Shown: positions 60,910 through 64,000 of the stretch, in pieces
Layout of the letters: each line of letters starts with the position of its first letter
Numbering within the stretch: position 1 is the first letter of the stretch
Source of the DNA: the human T2T-CHM13v2.0 reference genome, Homo sapiens
Strand: one strand, 5' to 3'
NCBI RefSeq assembly: GCF_009914755.1
Contig: NC_060936.1
DNA: 64,000 nucleotides
The notes under the pieces: model-generated
The model's database searches: none
Told to the model about the DNA's origin: nothing
The model's input: only the letters and a program-made list of their open reading frames with translations
Position numbers and translations under genes: made by a program

Positions 60910-62094
60910 GAGAGAACAGGACTAAAGATGCAGTGGCTCCTGTCTGTTTGGGGCATGTATTGGGTAAAATTGTCTAAATGGGCTGTGAGATGTAGAAGGA
61001 GACCCACAAACTTTAAGCCACCCCTTTAAAAAATTTTCTAGCTTCTAGGGGCAGTGAGTAGAGGGAGGTGAAATTGAGCTCCTTTCCTGTTCCTTGGCTG
61101 CAACAAGAGCCTCTGGGGGAAGAGAAGGGCACCTAGGCCTCGAGTACTGGCTTTTCCCATGCTGTAGCTGTCCAAGGCCTTCACGCCTCTGCACTCCAGG
61201 AGGCCTCTGGACTGGCAGCAGCCCCCACTGTGTGCCAAAGCTGCGGTGCAGGAACCAGTGGCTCCACCGTGCTCAGCCTTAGGACCTTCTGGGCCTCTGA
61301 AGATCTTTCCTGGGCCTAGGTGGTCCCTGAGAGGCCTTGCTGGACATAGAGGGAGGGCTGAGCCCTCACTCTAGGGACCCATTTGGTCTCATAAGGGCCT
61401 CTAGAGGGAGGTGGTATTGCTTGGTAAGGGGGTGTTGGGAGAGTTGGAGGAGGTGTGCCTCAGTATCTAAGATACTGGGGAAGAGGGAGCAGGGAGGACA
61501 ATCTGCAGTGTGTATCAGCCTGGCAGGAAATGTTCAGACTGTTTCCACCACCTTCTAGGGCCTCGGGCTATGCAGGACAATTAACTGGGAAAGGAGCTGC
61601 ATAGACCAGTGCTGGAGTCACGTCTGTCTGCCATCATTTATCTCAGTCTCTGGGATTTTGTGTGGAGGGGAGGATGGGTTAAAAGTGGGGGTGGGAGGAG
61701 GCAGATAATTCAGGTAGTGTCTGAGGATCAGGTCCTTCTCCAGGCTCCTGGGATGGGCTGGGGGAGGAAGCACTTTACAGTAGAAACAAATGTGGGAAGG
61801 GTCCATAAAACTTTACTGCATTTCCTCTCCCACCTCCCACAACAGGGTGATTTCCTGGAGCCAAGCCTAGGCCCCCCACACTGGTGGGGTGAGGGTCTGG
61901 AGCTTGGCTAAGGGATTGCACCAGCAGCCAAGAAGAAAGGGGAGCAGAGGGGCTCTGGGGAGGGGCAGGGGAATATTTATGATTATTAATGCTGATGCTC
62001 CTTGGATTTATTATAAGGACTAACTTCGCTGCATCCCACTGCCTAAGCTACCCATCAGTCATTTTTTAAAAGACCCAAGAGCCTTTCCTCACCC

Positions 62095-62136
62095 CATGCT
62101 TGGCACATAGGCAGTCTCAACAAATGCTTATTGAAC
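62095..62136 (+). mobile_element. Possible degenerate L2/MIR 3'-end remnant
   Basis: TGCTTGGCACATAGGCAGTCTCAACAAATGCTTATTGAA resembles the L2 tail consensus (TGCCTGGCACATAGTAGG..CTCAATAAAT.TTTGTTGAA). Confidence 0.45.
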
Positions 62137-64000
62137 AGTGCCCACAACTACCACCCTTCCCCTTCGCACTGCACTCAGGCCAGGTTAGGGCGCCTGTTGT
62201 CTCTCCTCAACTTGCACACAGCAGTTAACCCAGACCAGTGCTCTCTCTCTCTCTCTCTGAAATAAAATGTGTAATTTTCTTCAGGGAGTTATTTTAATTT
62301 TTTCTCCATGCTGAGTAAAACTATTGAGTGAGCAGTGAAGCGTGGAGAAGCACTGGCGTCTCCGGTGGGTAACAGTTAACTAAGAAAGAGGCTGTGGCAC
62401 CCGCACCCACCTGTTCCAGCCTCCCAGGCTGCCCAGGCCCTGTGCTTCCTCCCCAGGGGACAGGCGCACCACCCCAGGGGAAAACCAAGGGCTTTGTCAT
62501 AGATAGGGGCAATGTTGGTTAGAGCTGCCAGGCAGGGCACACCAGCCCCACCGTGCACTGACTGCCTCCTCCCGGCAGGGTTTGGGCCTCTCCTTCCCTG
62601 GAGGAGCTGAAGGTCTGACTCATTTTGGCTTGGGTAGACACAGAGTGCCTGCCTGCCCTCCTCCTTCCTGTCACAATCTGCAGGTCTGCCCAGGCACCAG
62701 CCTTGGCTTCTGCAGCATCGTCGGGAGTCAGCGGCGGCAACCAAGCCAGAGGCCTCGTACCTACTTCCCTACGCTGAGGGTGCATAAGGCCCAGATCCCT
62801 GATTTCTCCCTGAACAGGGGCTTCTGCTTTGGGGCCTGGGGTAGTTTCCCCACCAGCCAGCCTCCTAGAACATATTTCCAGGTAACAGGGTCTGGCATTG
62901 CTCTGGGGGAGTTTATGGAGGGGTCTTCTGGGTTGCAAGCAGAGACTATGGAGCCTGCCTCTCCACTTTGCCCTGGAACCCACCCCCTCTGGCAGCAAGA
63001 AAGAAGGGGAAGAAGCATGACTTACCTTCCCGGGGGAGTGGGAAGAGGGGGGACACGGCCCACTCTGAGCAATTAGAGGAAAGAGGAGGAAAAAATAAGA
63101 GGACAAAAAGATCAACACGACCTCGAAGGCGACAGGTCCTTATGGAAATAAGTAAGTAAATAAATAAATAAGGATCCACCCTCTCCCCCCTCTCCACCCT
63201 GCAAGGGGGATGTGGGGGTGGGGCAAAGGAACAGCACCAGGGCTTTTTAGTGTAACTGAGCATTAGAGAAATAGGCATGCTTCTATGTGAATTTAGGAGT
63301 TTGAAACTTTTGGAGGTTATTTATGTGAATAGCCTGAAGGCAAGCCCGTGAGTGGCTCTTGGGGGACCACGTGATATCATTAAACCAAGTTTTATGGTGT
63401 AGGGAGAGCTGACAAACCCACAATATATTTACATCATATATAATCTTAACTGTCCAGCCACGCAGCTGCTGGTGAGGTTTAATGCTAGGACAGAGGGCCT
63501 GGCAGTTAGAGGGGATTACGGCGCTGGGGACGATGGTGAGAGAGGTTACATCTTCGCAAATGAATCCCAGGCGAACGCTGTGAGTTAATTCTCTCTTTCT
63601 CTCTCTCAGACCCTTTCTCCCATTTACCTAACCACCCCCCTCACTTGATAGAAGGCAGCTCCCACTTATTAGGGGGAGGGGGAAAAGGCCTTCCCAGGCT
63701 GGGGTGGGAGAAGAGAAGAAGCAGCAGAAAAAGCTGCTGGGAAGTAGGAAGATGGGGGAGCTTGTCTACCCTGAGCAGCCCTCCCCTTCCCACTCCTTAT
63801 TCTCTCTGACTGCAAGTCAACTGGGGTAGAGAGGCCTTGGTTGTTTAGAGATTTGCCAGGTCTTCCTGACCCTTTCAGTTGAGAAGAAAGCAAGCGGCAG
63901 CAACAAGGGTGTTTGGTGTCTGTACGGGTATGTAAACTCTAGACACAAGCTCAAAATGCCTCTGGGGCCCACTGTTCCAGGGAGGGGTGAGTTCAGCCCT

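Overview
Human HOXC cluster (chromosome 12q13), covering the HOXC11 intron and last exon through to about 3 kb past HOXC5. All Hox genes are on the + strand in collinear order: HOXC11 (exon 2 only), HOXC10, HOXC9, HOXC8, HOXC6, HOXC5. For the five complete genes I joined exons at GT-AG phase-1 junctions and obtained 342, 260, 242, 235 and 222 aa, matching the known protein lengths. Also present: MIR196A2 (carrying T at the rs11614913 position, so probably not the GRCh38 haplotype), intronic MIR615, the distal first exon of HOTAIR, the HOXC-AS1/2/3 regions, the shared upstream non-coding exon of HOXC4/5/6, the Hoxc8 early enhancer, three forward CTCF motifs and several microsatellites. Interspersed repeats are nearly absent. 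I found no foreign insertion and no new protein-coding system. The best leads are regulatory: uORFs abutting or overlapping the HOXC10, HOXC9 and HOXC8 start codons (one positionally matching the HOXA10 long-form start), an 8mer miR-615-3p site in the HOXC6 3'UTR, a possible hidden intron in the shared 5' exon, a repeated CCAAT/E-box promoter module, and posterior-Hox/Cdx site clusters in introns. Motif calls were made by eye; lncRNA boundaries partly rest on recalled annotation.
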